This document shows, one piece after another, positions 22,671 through 33,702 of a stretch of 64,000 bases of DNA. Source of the stretch: a virus (lineage: Duplodnaviria > Caudoviricetes); IMG/VR virus record IMGVR_UViG_3300037400_002591, positions 1 to 64,000 of that record. One strand, given 5' to 3'. Made by a program: the position numbers and the translations under genes. The notes below the pieces were generated by a model. The model was given only the letters and a program-made list of their open reading frames with translations. It was not told the DNA's origin and searched no databases. How positions within the stretch are numbered: position 1 is the stretch's first letter; the number at the start of each line of letters is the position of its first letter.

Positions 22671-22856
22671 TTACTTTGTCAAAAAATTTTCATTAGTTAT
22701 ATATGCATCTATAGCGAGCATTTCTTCTACTGAAAGAGATTGAATAAGTTGCTCTATCTTACTCACATTTTCTTGAACGTTATTTCCGAGTTGGCATTCT
22801 TTTTCATATTTAATTATCTGTTCCGCTAACTCTTTTAGTTTTTTCTCATCTTTCAT
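22671..22856 (-). CDS. hypothetical protein
   Basis: Short ORF after promoter-like spacer. Confidence 0.5.
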   Translation of the reverse strand: MKDEKKLKELAEQIIKYEKECQLGNNVQENVSKIEQLIQSLSVEEMLAIDAYITNENFLTK

Positions 22857-22880
22857 ATATATATTATAACAAAAAATTTT

Positions 22881-24848
22881 TTATAAATCAAACATATCCA
22901 TGAAAGTTTGCTCATCAATAATCTGTTTGCCCAATTCTTTAGCTCTCAAATTTTTACTTGATGTTGAATTAATGTCGTTATTTATTAAATAATCCATGTT
23001 TGTAGAAACTGAACCCACTACTTTTCCGCCTAATGAAGTAATAAAACTAGATAATTCATCTCTATTCTTCCATTGTTTGATTTTTCCGGTTACACAAAAA
23101 GTTAAACCTTCTAATTTTTGTTCTTTCCTTTCTTCTATTTTATTATTTATAGTTAAGAAATTTTCTACAATATAATCTAATTCATCATAATTATAATTTT
23201 TTAATGATTTATTCATTTCATATCCAAAGCCATCTATTTCTGAAAAATCAAAATTCCCGATTGCTTCTCTAAAATCTTCGTATGTATTGAAGATGCTTGT
23301 GATTTGTCTAGCCACTGTTCTACCAATAAGTGGAATTCCTGCTGCACTGATAACGGACTCGAGGTCAGTATTACTACTTTCTTTGATGGATGTGATAATA
23401 TTGTTAACAGACTTTTCTCCAAAACCTGCCTTCTTCTTCCAATCCTCTGCATACGCATCAAGTATGAATACATCTTTGATTCCATTAATCCATCCCCAAT
23501 CTATTAATTTTTCTATTGTTGCTTTTGATAGCCCTTTAGCATTTAAACCTTTTTTACTAAAGAAATGTTCTACTCTATTTAATAATTTACCTTCACAAGC
23601 TGGGTTTCCGCATTGTAAAAATATACTATCATTATCTCCAAAAAGTTCTGTCTCATGTCCGCATATAGGGCATTCATTAGGTGGATTAAGATAATCTAAA
23701 CTATCTTCTCCTGTTTCTTCATATTTTTCTACTTTTGATATCTGAGGAATTATTTGATTTGCTTTATAAATATATATTTTTTGTCCTTTTTTAGGAGTTT
23801 CATTAAACAAATCTCTAATTACCGATATATTATGTAGATTAGCTCTTGACACTTCAGTCCCATCTATATCAATAGGTTCAAATATAGCTACAGGAGTTAA
23901 TACTCCAGTTCTTCCCATAGTCCATTCTATATTTTGTAAAATGGTTTCATATTCTTCATCATAAAACTTATATGCTAATCCACCCTTAAAATGATGGTCT
24001 GTTTTACCTGCGGCAATATATTCATCACAATTATCATACTTAAAAACTAATCCATCAATTGGATATATAGAACTAGATTTTTTTACTATTTCCATAATTT
24101 GTTCTATTGTTTCATATTCAGGTAAATTAATTTCAAAAGGAACAATGGTAAAACCTAATGTTTCTGCTTTTGATAATTTATTACTTAATCTATCATAACC
24201 TGTTAATAATTTTTCTTCATCAAGACCTTTTATAATATCCCATACTACAAAAGTAAGTTTTCTCATTGAACTTTCTTTACTATCTAGTAATCTTATACTA
24301 CCACTTGCAAAATTTCTAGGATTTTTATATTCTTTTTCAAAATCTTTAAAGTCATTATAAGTACAAATTATTTCTCCATCTATAATTAATTCTTCTTTAT
24401 AATTAATTTTATTAGGAATATTTTTTACTTGTAAAGCATTATGAAGAATATCTTCTCCTTCAATACCATTTCCGCGGGTTTCCGCAGACACTAATTTTCC
24501 ATCTAAATATCTTAATGAACAAGTTAAACCGTCCATTTTAGCCATACAAATAAAATCTTTATTTCCTAAAAAAGATTTAATTGCATCTATTGATTTAGTT
24601 TTATCAAGTGATAACATAGGGTGATTATGTTTTACTTTATTTAATTTATTTACGACTTGATAATTAATATTTTGAGTTGGGCTATCTGATAAATAAATAT
24701 TATATAGAGTTTCTAAATTTTGAAGTTTGAAATACATATCATCCCATTCTTTATCACTAATTGCAGGATGTCCTTCATCATATAACTTTGTATAATAATT
24801 TAATTTGTCGACTAATGTTCTAATTTCATTTTCCATAATCTTCACCAT
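22881..24848 (-). CDS. ligA: NAD-dependent DNA ligase
   Basis: MLSLDK, KMDG, NPRN, DGLVFK, GRTG, ANLHN, Zn finger, BRCT. Confidence 0.95.
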   Translation of the reverse strand: MVKIMENEIRTLVDKLNYYTKLYDEGHPAISDKEWDDMYFKLQNLETLYNIYLSDSPTQNINYQVVNKLNKVKHNHPMLSLDKTKSIDAIKSFLGNKDFICMAKMDGLTCSLRYLDGKLVSAETRGNGIEGEDILHNALQVKNIPNKINYKEELIIDGEIICTYNDFKDFEKEYKNPRNFASGSIRLLDSKESSMRKLTFVVWDIIKGLDEEKLLTGYDRLSNKLSKAETLGFTIVPFEINLPEYETIEQIMEIVKKSSSIYPIDGLVFKYDNCDEYIAAGKTDHHFKGGLAYKFYDEEYETILQNIEWTMGRTGVLTPVAIFEPIDIDGTEVSRANLHNISVIRDLFNETPKKGQKIYIYKANQIIPQISKVEKYEETGEDSLDYLNPPNECPICGHETELFGDNDSIFLQCGNPACEGKLLNRVEHFFSKKGLNAKGLSKATIEKLIDWGWINGIKDVFILDAYAEDWKKKAGFGEKSVNNIITSIKESSNTDLESVISAAGIPLIGRTVARQITSIFNTYEDFREAIGNFDFSEIDGFGYEMNKSLKNYNYDELDYIVENFLTINNKIEERKEQKLEGLTFCVTGKIKQWKNRDELSSFITSLGGKVVGSVSTNMDYLINNDINSTSSKNLRAKELGKQIIDEQTFMDMFDL

Positions 24849-24902
24849 TCCTTTATATAATAATTATATCATTATTTTAAAAGAAAATCAATAAAGTGAC
24901 TT

Positions 24903-25112
24903 TTAGCAAGTCACTTTATATGGAGGAGTTAGTTCTTTATCTTGTTCTCTTGTGTTTGTATATGTTATAGTTGTTCCATTTGGTTTAACTGTCCATGGGA
25001 TATTTTGTTGAGATTTTAATTCTTCATAACGACCTTTAATTATTAAAAGTTCTTTATATTCTTCAAAAGGAATTTCAATAGTTAAAGGAGTTTGTTTAAC
25101 TTCTTGTGCCAT
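24903..25112 (-). CDS. hypothetical protein
   Basis: ORF whose SD is separated from ATG by a 59-nt hairpin. Confidence 0.55.
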   Translation of the reverse strand: MAQEVKQTPLTIEIPFEEYKELLIIKGRYEELKSQQNIPWTVKPNGTTITYTNTREQDKELTPPYKVTC

Positions 25113-25195
25113 ATAATATTTGCGGGAGTCGGTTAACCGGGCTTGAAAATCCGATTGAAAATTAATAAACCGACTGCCGCCTCTCCTTTCTATAT

Positions 25196-26017
25196 TTAAT
25201 TTATAATAAAATTACTAGTTTCTAATAATAAATCTTCTATACATATTTTTTCAAAATGTGTATAAGGTATTCTAATTAATGGAATATTTTTATTTTTACA
25301 ATATTCATTTTTAATTTTATCATGTTTTTTACGAGTTTCTATTTTGTCCTTTCCTCCTCATAATTGAATATCTTTAAAATGTTGAATTCCATCATATTCA
25401 ATAATATAATAGTTATTAATATAAAAATCAAATGGTAATGGTAATATATCTTTGCAATCTTCAAATCTTTTTTCTTTTTCATAGATGATATTATATTCTT
25501 GTAACAGCAATTCTATTTTTTTGACTCCTTTAGATTGATTTAAACATCCACATGAAGAAGTTCTCAAAAATGAAGTAGAGTCTTTTTCACATAATGTTCC
25601 ACATAATAAACATTTACATAATCAAATTTTTTGTCTTGATGAATTAATTTTTTCAGTTGGCTTAATAGCCACTAATCAATCATGAGTTTGATTTGTCAAA
25701 TCTTTATAAAATGTTTTTTCTTCTTTTTTCTTTTCTATTAGTTTATACATATTTTCTTTACTTTTTTCTTTTGCATAACATCCACAACTTTTTGAATGTT
25801 CTGTTCTAAAATGTGCTCCTCATACAGTAGTATAATTACCGCAATCACATTTACAAAAATAATAACTTCCTCGATTATCTCCTCTAGAATAAACCATTTC
25901 AATTTTTAATAATCCATTTTGTTGATGTTTTCCAATATCTTTATTATTAATTCTAACAAATTTTATTTTATTATCATATAATGAAATTTTATTAATCCAT
26001 TGTTCTTCTATTGTCAT
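25196..26017 (-). CDS. free-standing homing endonuclease (CxC repeats + Vsr/EDxHD-like domain; 4 TGA-Trp)
   Basis: CKCDCG, SCGC, FDFY..IEYDGIQHF..HD..K..C..IPLIRIPY; 273 aa in code 4. Confidence 0.85.
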
Positions 26018-26087
26018 AATAATTTATCCTTTCTTATTATACTATGAGAATAAGGATAATTAATTTAACCATCCCTACCCAACACGA

Positions 26088-28418
26088 TTATATTTTTACA
26101 ACAGAAGTAATAATAGAATCTTTTATCATTAAATTCCCAATGGTGTCTCTTTTTAATAAGGGAAGTTCTTGACCTAATATACATATAGATCTTGGATTTC
26201 CACAAATTAATATTTCGTTTTCATCATTAAGTGTTACTGCTCCTACAACCTCATCTTTACAACATCTTACTCCACGTCCAGCTCGCATTTGAAGTGGGAA
26301 TTCATCTATATTAGTTTTTTTAGCATTTCCAAATGAACTAAACACTGCAACGGTTTCTTTTTTATCTCTTATTGGTAAACCTACTAATACTTCATCGTCA
26401 TCTGCTAATTTAATTGCTTTTACTCCAGCAGTAACTCTACCGATTGCCGCAATCTCTTTAGTTTCAAAATGAATTGAATAACCTTTTTTAGTTATTATAA
26501 TCATATCTTCATCATTCATTAATTCTATATTAGCAATACTATCTCCATCTTTAAGATTTATAGCGGCTATACCTGTACTTCTTTTAGTTTTAGTATATTC
26601 TTCTATTGATGTTTTCTTAAATAAACCATTCTTTGTAATAAATACAACATATTTATTTTCATTTCCTCTTGCTAAATTAGTTATAGCAATAACTTTTTCA
26701 TCATTTTCTAAATTAATTAATGTCGATACATTAGAACCTTTTGATACATTTGTTCCAATAGGTATGTTATCTACTATAATTCTATACATTTTTCCTTTGT
26801 TTGTAAATAATAATAAAGCATCAATAGTATTAGTTCTAATAGTAGCCATTATCGCATCGTCTGCAGTTTTTACTCCTTTTCCGCCTTTTCTTTGTGTTCT
26901 AAAGCTAGCTTTAGGTATTCTTTTAATGTCTCCTGTTTGTGATAGCATAACAACAACATCTTCAGGAATAACTTCTGCAATTTCCTTTTCTTCTTTTGGA
27001 ACTTCGATTTGTGTTAGTTCAGTTCTTCTTGCATCTCCATATTTTTTAACTAAATCATCTAATCTACCTAGAATAACATTTAATTGTTCAGTTTCTGAAC
27101 CTAATATTCTATTTAAATCATCTATTGTTTCATTTAATTTAGCTTTTTCATCATTAAGTTCAACACCTTCGAGTTTAGCTAAACTACCTAATCTCATAGC
27201 TACGATAGATTTTGCTTGAGGTTCAGTAAATCCAAATTCACTTACTAATCCATCTTTTGCGGCAGCACTACTAACAGATTTTTTAATAAATGCAATTATA
27301 GTATCAATATTTTGTAATGCTTTTAATAAACCTTCTACTATTTCTAGGCGGGCTTCCGCTTTCTTTAAATCAAAATCGCATTCTTTTATTAAACATTCAA
27401 TATTATGATTTAGGTATATTTTAATACAATCTTTTAAATTAACTTCTGTTGGAGTTTTATTTATTAAAGCAACTTGATTATATGAAAAACTTGTTTGTAA
27501 ATTAGTTTTTGCAAATAACTTATTTGCTATTACATCAGGATTAACATCCTTTTTGCATTCTATAACAATTCTTAATCCTTTTTTATTACTTTCATTTCGT
27601 ATATTAGTAATTTCACTTAATTCTTCTTCTGCTACTTTACCTATTTCCGCAATAAGTGCTTCTGTTGATGTTCCATAAGGTATTTCATAGAATACTAAAT
27701 TTTGTTTTTCTACTTTATATTTACCTCTAATTTTTACACTACCATGACCGCTTCTCATAATTGCAGGCACATCATCTTTATTAATTACTATACCTCCAGT
27801 TGGAAAGTCTGGTCCAGGTAGCATAGGCTCTTCACCTTTAACATAATCATGAATTGCTTGTGCTACTTCTTTTAAATTGTGTGGAGCAAAATTACAAGCC
27901 ATAGCAACACCAATACCAGTATTTGGATTGCATAATAAGTTAGGAAATATAGCAGGTAAGGTTACTGGTTCTTCGCAATCTTCAGAGTAGTTAGGAATAA
28001 AATCGACATTTCTTTTCTTTATCCCATTTAACATACCATCTTCTGCAAGTTTTGATAATCTAGATTCTGTATAACGCATTGCTGCAGGACCGTCACCATC
28101 TATATTACCATTAGAACCATGCCAATCTATAAGTGGATATCTCATAACCCAAGGTTGTGATAATCTAACAAGAGCACCATATATAGAGCTATCTCCATGT
28201 GGATGGTAAGTTCCCATTACATCTCCGACTATCTTAGCTGATTTTACATGAGGTTTACTAAATGTATAACCTTTTTCATAAGCTCCCCATAAGATTCTTC
28301 TATGAACAGGTTTAAGACCACTTGTTGCATCTGGAATTGCACGGTCTGTATTAACTGCAACAGCATATTCAATAAAATTTGTACTTAATTCATTTAAAAT
28401 ATCATTATTCATAGCCAT
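26088..28418 (-). CDS. gyrA: DNA gyrase/topoisomerase IV subunit A
   Basis: GLKPVHRRIL, YHPHGDSSIY, AAMRYTE, QRKGGKG GyrA-box-like, beta-pinwheel. Confidence 0.95.
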   Translation of the reverse strand: MAMNNDILNELSTNFIEYAVAVNTDRAIPDATSGLKPVHRRILWGAYEKGYTFSKPHVKSAKIVGDVMGTYHPHGDSSIYGALVRLSQPWVMRYPLIDWHGSNGNIDGDGPAAMRYTESRLSKLAEDGMLNGIKKRNVDFIPNYSEDCEEPVTLPAIFPNLLCNPNTGIGVAMACNFAPHNLKEVAQAIHDYVKGEEPMLPGPDFPTGGIVINKDDVPAIMRSGHGSVKIRGKYKVEKQNLVFYEIPYGTSTEALIAEIGKVAEEELSEITNIRNESNKKGLRIVIECKKDVNPDVIANKLFAKTNLQTSFSYNQVALINKTPTEVNLKDCIKIYLNHNIECLIKECDFDLKKAEARLEIVEGLLKALQNIDTIIAFIKKSVSSAAAKDGLVSEFGFTEPQAKSIVAMRLGSLAKLEGVELNDEKAKLNETIDDLNRILGSETEQLNVILGRLDDLVKKYGDARRTELTQIEVPKEEKEIAEVIPEDVVVMLSQTGDIKRIPKASFRTQRKGGKGVKTADDAIMATIRTNTIDALLLFTNKGKMYRIIVDNIPIGTNVSKGSNVSTLINLENDEKVIAITNLARGNENKYVVFITKNGLFKKTSIEEYTKTKRSTGIAAINLKDGDSIANIELMNDEDMIIITKKGYSIHFETKEIAAIGRVTAGVKAIKLADDDEVLVGLPIRDKKETVAVFSSFGNAKKTNIDEFPLQMRAGRGVRCCKDEVVGAVTLNDENEILICGNPRSICILGQELPLLKRDTIGNLMIKDSIITSVVKI

Positions 28419-28653
28419 TTTCCTTTCTTGTTATTCTATATTCAAATTTTTCTAATTCTGGATTTAAAAATATTCTACACCCAAATAAAATTTCAGGATA
28501 AGCATCTTTATCAAATGTAGGCGCAATTGTTTTACATTGTAATCTTAAATAAGTATATAAATTAGGACTTACTTCAATATAAGTTGTATAATTATTATAA
28601 TTTTTTAATATTGCAAGAACTTCTTGAAGGCTATCTATTTCACTATTCAACAT
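28405..28653 (-). CDS. hypothetical protein (third cassette of gyrB 3' array)
   Basis: Starts in repeat unit 3 (MLNSE). Confidence 0.6.
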   Translation of the reverse strand: MLNSEIDSLQEVLAILKNYNNYTTYIEVSPNLYTYLRLQCKTIAPTFDKDAYPEILFGCRIFLNPELEKFEYRITRKENGYE

Positions 28654-28780
28654 TATAAATAGCCTCCTTCACAAAAATATAACCTAAATAATTGATTTTA
28701 TTTATATTTGTTTTAATATTTAAAAAATTTTTTAAAACATTAAATAAGGAAGGTCTTAAAAATACATATCTATTCTGCAT
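28643..28780 (-). CDS. 45-aa ORF ending KEAIYNVE
   Basis: Starts in repeat unit 2, ends in unit 3; very AT-rich. Confidence 0.4.
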   Translation of the reverse strand: MQNRYVFLRPSLFNVLKNFLNIKTNINKINYLGYIFVKEAIYNVE

Positions 28781-29120
28781 TATATGTAGCCTCCTTTTCT
28801 TCTTGTTCTAATTTATTATACATTTCATAAAATGTTAGTTTTTTATCTTCTTCACTTCTTGTATCTATAATTTTTTGATTTTTATTATCCCATTTAATTT
28901 GACTAAGAATAGTATGTCATCTTCTAACTTCTGGTGAAGATTGTCATTTTTCTAACTGTTCACTATCTTCTCAACAATAATGTTTTCAAGTTCCAACAAA
29001 ATTAAATAAATATCTTTTTAAATTTCCTTTTGCATAATTCCATAATGTTTGAGAAAATGGTTTATTTATAGACTTTATATATTCTAACTCTTCATTTGAT
29101 ATAGAATAATTATTCTGCAT
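28770..29120 (-). CDS. hypothetical protein ending KEATYNAE (4 TGA-Trp)
   Basis: Starts inside gyrB terminus (MQNNYS), 116 aa in code 4. Confidence 0.6.
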
Positions 29121-29300
29121 TGTAAGTTGCCTCCTTGCTATGCTCTTTAATAAAATCTTTACGGCTTTGTATTGTGGTTCCCATTAAATCATTAAATAAT
29201 TTATCTGCGGCTGCCGCATCTTCAACTGTTATTTGCTTAATTATTCTGTTATCAGGATCGGTTAATGTTTCTTCAGTTTCATCAACTGACATTTCACCTA
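29110..29300 (-). CDS. gyrB: gyrase subunit B, exon 2
   Basis: T+TA GGT GAA ATG restores KGLGEM; ETL.DP..R.IKQI..LMG...RK.FI. Confidence 0.9.
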
Positions 29301-30320
29301 CGTATTAATCCTTTGTCACCAAAGGTACTGACTATTTCTTCGCCTTGCGGCGGGCACCGTTTCGAACTGCGTATCAATAGCAGTCCTACTCCCCAACAAC
29401 GGGGATAGTCGATACAGGTTTATACTACGATATTTTTTCAATTTTGATAACTTCAAATGTTTGTAAAACTACCTTTTGTTAATTTATCTTTATAGTCTTC
29501 ATAAACATCTTTTAAAGCTTCTCCATTTTTTCTTCTTAATCTTATATTATAAACATCTTGTTCTGTTATTTTAGATCTGCCGTTTGAAGAACCTTCATTT
29601 CCAGAATGCATTTTATGATATTCTTTATTTTCTTCTGTATATACTTCTGGAAGAATGTTCTTTCAAGTCTCTCCTTGTCATACTTTTTTAAATCCAGATT
29701 CTCCAATTCTATTATTATAATCTAAATAAACAGTTTTTTTTCTTTCATGATTATTATATCTTATGCGGATATTAATTACATCTTGTTCAGTTAATTTGTG
29801 TCCAGGATGATTCTCTCCATAATTATCTTCTCCGCCAATAGTTTGATTATAACCATCTTTATAAGTATTATAATATTTAATATAATATTTTTCTTTATTA
29901 TTTAGGTCTTGTGGTTCACATTCTTCTAATATTTCAAATGTAAAATTTTCTAATCCATATTTTTGAAAAGCTAAATATAAAGGTTTTTTACATTCTCTTT
30001 CTCAATTATATTTAGTTTTGTGTTCGCTTCATCTTTTTTCAATATGAATACTTTGACCTATATAACTATGATTATTTATTTGATTTGTTATTTTATAAAT
30101 TCCTATCATATCTATTATCTCCTTTATTTGAGATAATATCGTAGTATACTTCCCACGAGATTATCTTATTTTTCTATTATTATATGAATTTTAAACATTT
30201 CAGTTTGTCCTGAGATGTCCAAAATTTTTAATAATTTTATAAGACTCCCTCGTTAGCCATGTGGTTGCCGCATGACCCCACTGATAAGTGGAAAAATGCC
30301 TAAGGGCCAGACTATCTCTT
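29301..30320 (-). mobile_element. group I intron in gyrB
   Basis: 5' exon ends GGG-T, intron ends G; splicing restores MKGLGEM; CGACTATC and TAGTCAG P7-type elements. Confidence 0.9.
29420..30109 (-). CDS. intron-encoded GIY-YIG homing endonuclease (6 TGA-Trp)
   Basis: MIGIYKITN..YIGQSIHIEKR(W)..H..E..E..YN..GG; 229 aa in code 4. Confidence 0.9.
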
Positions 30321-32037
30321 ACCCTTTCATACGATTGACAGTTATTTTTTTGTCGCCTATTGATTTTTTAAATTCTTCTAATTCTTCGTCATTTTTAATA
30401 TATTTATATTCTTTACCTATTGTTACTTTATATAATGGTGGAACTCCTGCGTATATATAGCCATCTTCAATTAATTGAGGACAGAAATTCCATATAAAAG
30501 TATAGAATAAGTTTTTGATATGCGCTCCATCAACATCAGCATCTGATTCAATAATAATCTTACCATATCTTAAACTATCTTTATCATAAGTAACTTGCAT
30601 AGTTTTAGTATCAATATATAACCCAAAAGCATCAATCATTGTCATAATCTCTGCATTTTTTTGTATTTTATCTAAACTTGCTTTTTGAGTATTAAGTATT
30701 TTACCACGAACAGGCATAACAGCTTGAAATTCATTATTACGAGCAGATTTTAAGTTTCCACTTGCTGAATCTCCCTCTGTAATATATATCTCACATTTAC
30801 TTCTATCTTTTGAATAGCAATCTGCAAGTTTACTATCAAATTTTAATGCTTTTTCTTTTTTCTTATTAGTTTCTCTTACTCTTTCACGAGCATTTTTAGC
30901 TGCCTCTCTAGCTTTTCTAGCGGCTGCCGCTTTATCAAATATATTTTTTACTTCTTTTTCATTGTTATTAAACCATACTGATAAAGTATCTGCTAATGTT
31001 TGAGTAAAAGGTGTCATATCTATTTTAGTTACTGTTGATTTAACTTGAGCATCATATCCGATATTAGGGGCTGTGATATTAAATACTATATACATTCCCT
31101 CTTGAATATCATCTCCAGTTAAATTTTCATCTTTATCTTTTAACCATTTTTTATCTCTAAAGAATTTATTAAACTCTCTTGTGATAATAGTTTTAACTTG
31201 AGTTATATGAGGCCCTTTCTCTGTAAGACCTGTATTTACATAAGGAATTAATGTTAATGAATAGTTAGAAGTATATGTTAATACCATATCCATTTTATTT
31301 TTACCTTCTGTAAAATTCATATTAAATCTATTATTTATTATTTCTTTATCTTTTACAGCTTTATCAACTAAATCATTTAATCCATGCTCTGAATAATATT
31401 TTGTAATCTCTCCATTATTTGATAACTCTATTGTCAATCCAGGGCATAAACAAGTTATAGTTTGAAATAAATCTTGAATTTTAGCAATTTCAACAGTTGT
31501 ATGAGTAAAGAATTCTTCACTAGGTTGCCAACTAATCATAGTCCCTGATGGTATTCCATCATCGTGCTCTCTAACACTTCTATCTCTAAAAACTCCTTCT
31601 TTGAATCTAACTAATTCAGATTTACCATCTCTCCAAGTTTGAACTTCTAGCCAATGACTTAAAAAAGTAGTAATTTTTGAACCAATACCAAACGAACCTA
31701 ATGAAGTGCCTTCATAAGTTCCATCTTCACGGTATTTTCCTGATGTATTAAGGATACTAAATGCAGCTTCAAGAACTGTTTTACCATCTTCTCTTATTTC
31801 ATTAACTAAAAAGCCTTGTCCATAATCTGTAACAGTAACTATATCATTTTTAATATCTACTTTTATTAAATTTCCATGTCCTAATCTGAATTCATCTACC
31901 GCATTAGAAACTATTTCAACTAATAATTGAGTTGAATAAGTAGTATCTCCTGCATAAACTCCAGGACGAAGTCTTGTGAACTCAAGTGGACTTAATGACT
32001 CTATACTATCTTTATTATATAATTTCTTATCGTCCAT
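30321..32037 (-). CDS. gyrB: gyrase subunit B, exon 1
   Basis: RPGVY, EIVSNAVDE, DYGQG, GSFGIG, ITEGDSA, DADVDG. Confidence 0.95.
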
Positions 32038-32085
32038 TTATAGTTCTCCTTTCATTTTTTATCTATTATAATTATATCATATTTT

Positions 32086-32622
32086 TTATTGTAAGTCAAA
32101 ATTTTCTACTTTTTCGTAGAAGTAATCATTTTCTTTTAAAATTTTGTCTATTTTTGCTTGATTATTTGTTGATAGGGCGTCTGCAAGTTCATTACCTAAT
32201 AAACCTGAATGCCCTGGAACTTTTTCAACAGTAAAGTTGGGCCATTCTAATTTACAATACTCCCATATTTGTTTAACTAAATCTAGATTTTCAATAGGTT
32301 GATTTTTCTGTCTAACCCAACCATTACGTTGCCAATTATATATCCAATCATTAAACATATTAACACAATAGGCTGAATCTGATTTAATTACACATTTATC
32401 ATTTTTATAACGAGTTTGTGTTGCGGCAAGAGCAAATATTAAGGCAGTTAATTCCATGCGGTTGTTAGTTGTATTTTCTTCTTGTTTTGATATAGTATAA
32501 TCAATGCGGAAACCGCTTTTACAGCTTTGATTCTCAATTAATCCTACTACACCCCAACCGCCGCAATTTTCTTTAGCACCATTATTTTTTGCACTTCCAT
32601 CAGTATAAATTTCTACTTTCAT
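32086..32622 (-). CDS. rnhA: ribonuclease HI
   Basis: YTDGS, TNNRMEL, SDSAY, VPGH..GNELADAL. Confidence 0.92.
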   Translation of the reverse strand: MKVEIYTDGSAKNNGAKENCGGWGVVGLIENQSCKSGFRIDYTISKQEENTTNNRMELTALIFALAATQTRYKNDKCVIKSDSAYCVNMFNDWIYNWQRNGWVRQKNQPIENLDLVKQIWEYCKLEWPNFTVEKVPGHSGLLGNELADALSTNNQAKIDKILKENDYFYEKVENFDLQ

Positions 32623-32686
32623 ATAAATACACCTCTTTAATTTATTATATTATATATTTTTATACAAATCAAATAAAACAAGATAA

Positions 32687-33127
32687 TTATTCATTATCTT
32701 GTTTTTTATTCATCATATCATTTACAATGCCAGGTCTACTATTAATTGCAGTTTGTAATCTTTCTGTTAATGTTTTAACATTAGTTTTATAAGTTTCAAT
32801 ATCATCTTCTAAAGTATAAATTTCTTTTTCTAATAATTTAATTCCTTTGTTATTCATATCACAATTTTTCTTATTTGTCAAGATATTGTATACTCTCTTT
32901 AAAGGTTCTAATTGATATTTTGAAACTTTTATTTTTTCTTTCATATATTTAATACCAGCACGCATTTCCGCATATCTACAACCAGCAAAGTGTGAAGCTA
33001 TTTCTGCATCATCTGGGTGTAAAGAAGCATAACCAGTAATTAAACCTAAATCTGTTGCAACTGTTACTTTTGATAAACCTGTTTCTTCATTGTAATCTGA
33101 AGATATAGTTTTCATTTGAATTTTCAT
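32687..33127 (-). CDS. hypothetical protein
   Basis: ORF in operon. Confidence 0.6.
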   Translation of the reverse strand: MKIQMKTISSDYNEETGLSKVTVATDLGLITGYASLHPDDAEIASHFAGCRYAEMRAGIKYMKEKIKVSKYQLEPLKRVYNILTNKKNCDMNNKGIKLLEKEIYTLEDDIETYKTNVKTLTERLQTAINSRPGIVNDMMNKKQDNE

Positions 33128-33128
33128 A

Positions 33129-33701
33129 TTAATCCTCCTTATAGGTATCCATTTCTATTTTTTTATTTTTAACATCTTCAAGTATTTGCTCTAATGATAC
33201 TGGATAATTATTATGAGCATCTAAACATACACAATACATATATGGATTATCATTATAGAATTTACTTTGTTGGTGAGTGTGTCCATATATGTTAATTAAA
33301 TGTTTTGCCCATGGTTTATCATCATCATAATTTGCGGTAATAGTTGGATAATGGCATAGCCAGAAATAATATTTTCCAATTTTAATCTCTTTTGCATCAT
33401 CAATAGATACTATATTAGGGCAAGTTTTATAAAGTTCAATTCTAGTATCTGTGTCATGATTACCAACAAAAATATGAATTTTTCCATTAAGTCTTTTAAT
33501 ACACTCAAGTCCATGTTCATTATCATTAAGCATTACATCTCCAAGATGATAGACTTCATCTTCTGGGTCTATTATTTCATTCCAATTACGAATGATAGCT
33601 TCATCATGTTCTTGAATTGAATTAAAACCTCTAGGACTTCAAAGAAAATCTTTTATATGTCCAAAATGAGTGTCTGACACAAACCAATATTTCTTTTCCA
33701 T
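33129..33701 (-). CDS. calcineurin-like metallophosphoesterase (1 TGA-Trp)
   Basis: SDTHFGH, HLGD, GNHD, YGHTH. Confidence 0.9.
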
Positions 33702-33702
33702 A

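Larger units (their letters stand above)
28643..29136 (-). repeat. three 27-nt direct repeats of the gyrB 3' end (29110-29136, 28770-28796, 28643-28669)
   Basis: AAGGAGGCAACTTACAATGCAGAATAA / AAGGAGGCTACATATAATGCAGAATAG / AAGGAGGCTATTTATAATGTTGAATAG. Confidence 0.85.

Noticed and set aside
8703-27219. Plus-strand track ORFs 8703, 9791, 12083, 12889, 23287, 23304, 26764 (and minus 23234)
   Set aside because: Shadows of dnaE, helicase, recJ, ligA and gyrA; no RBS or recognisable motifs
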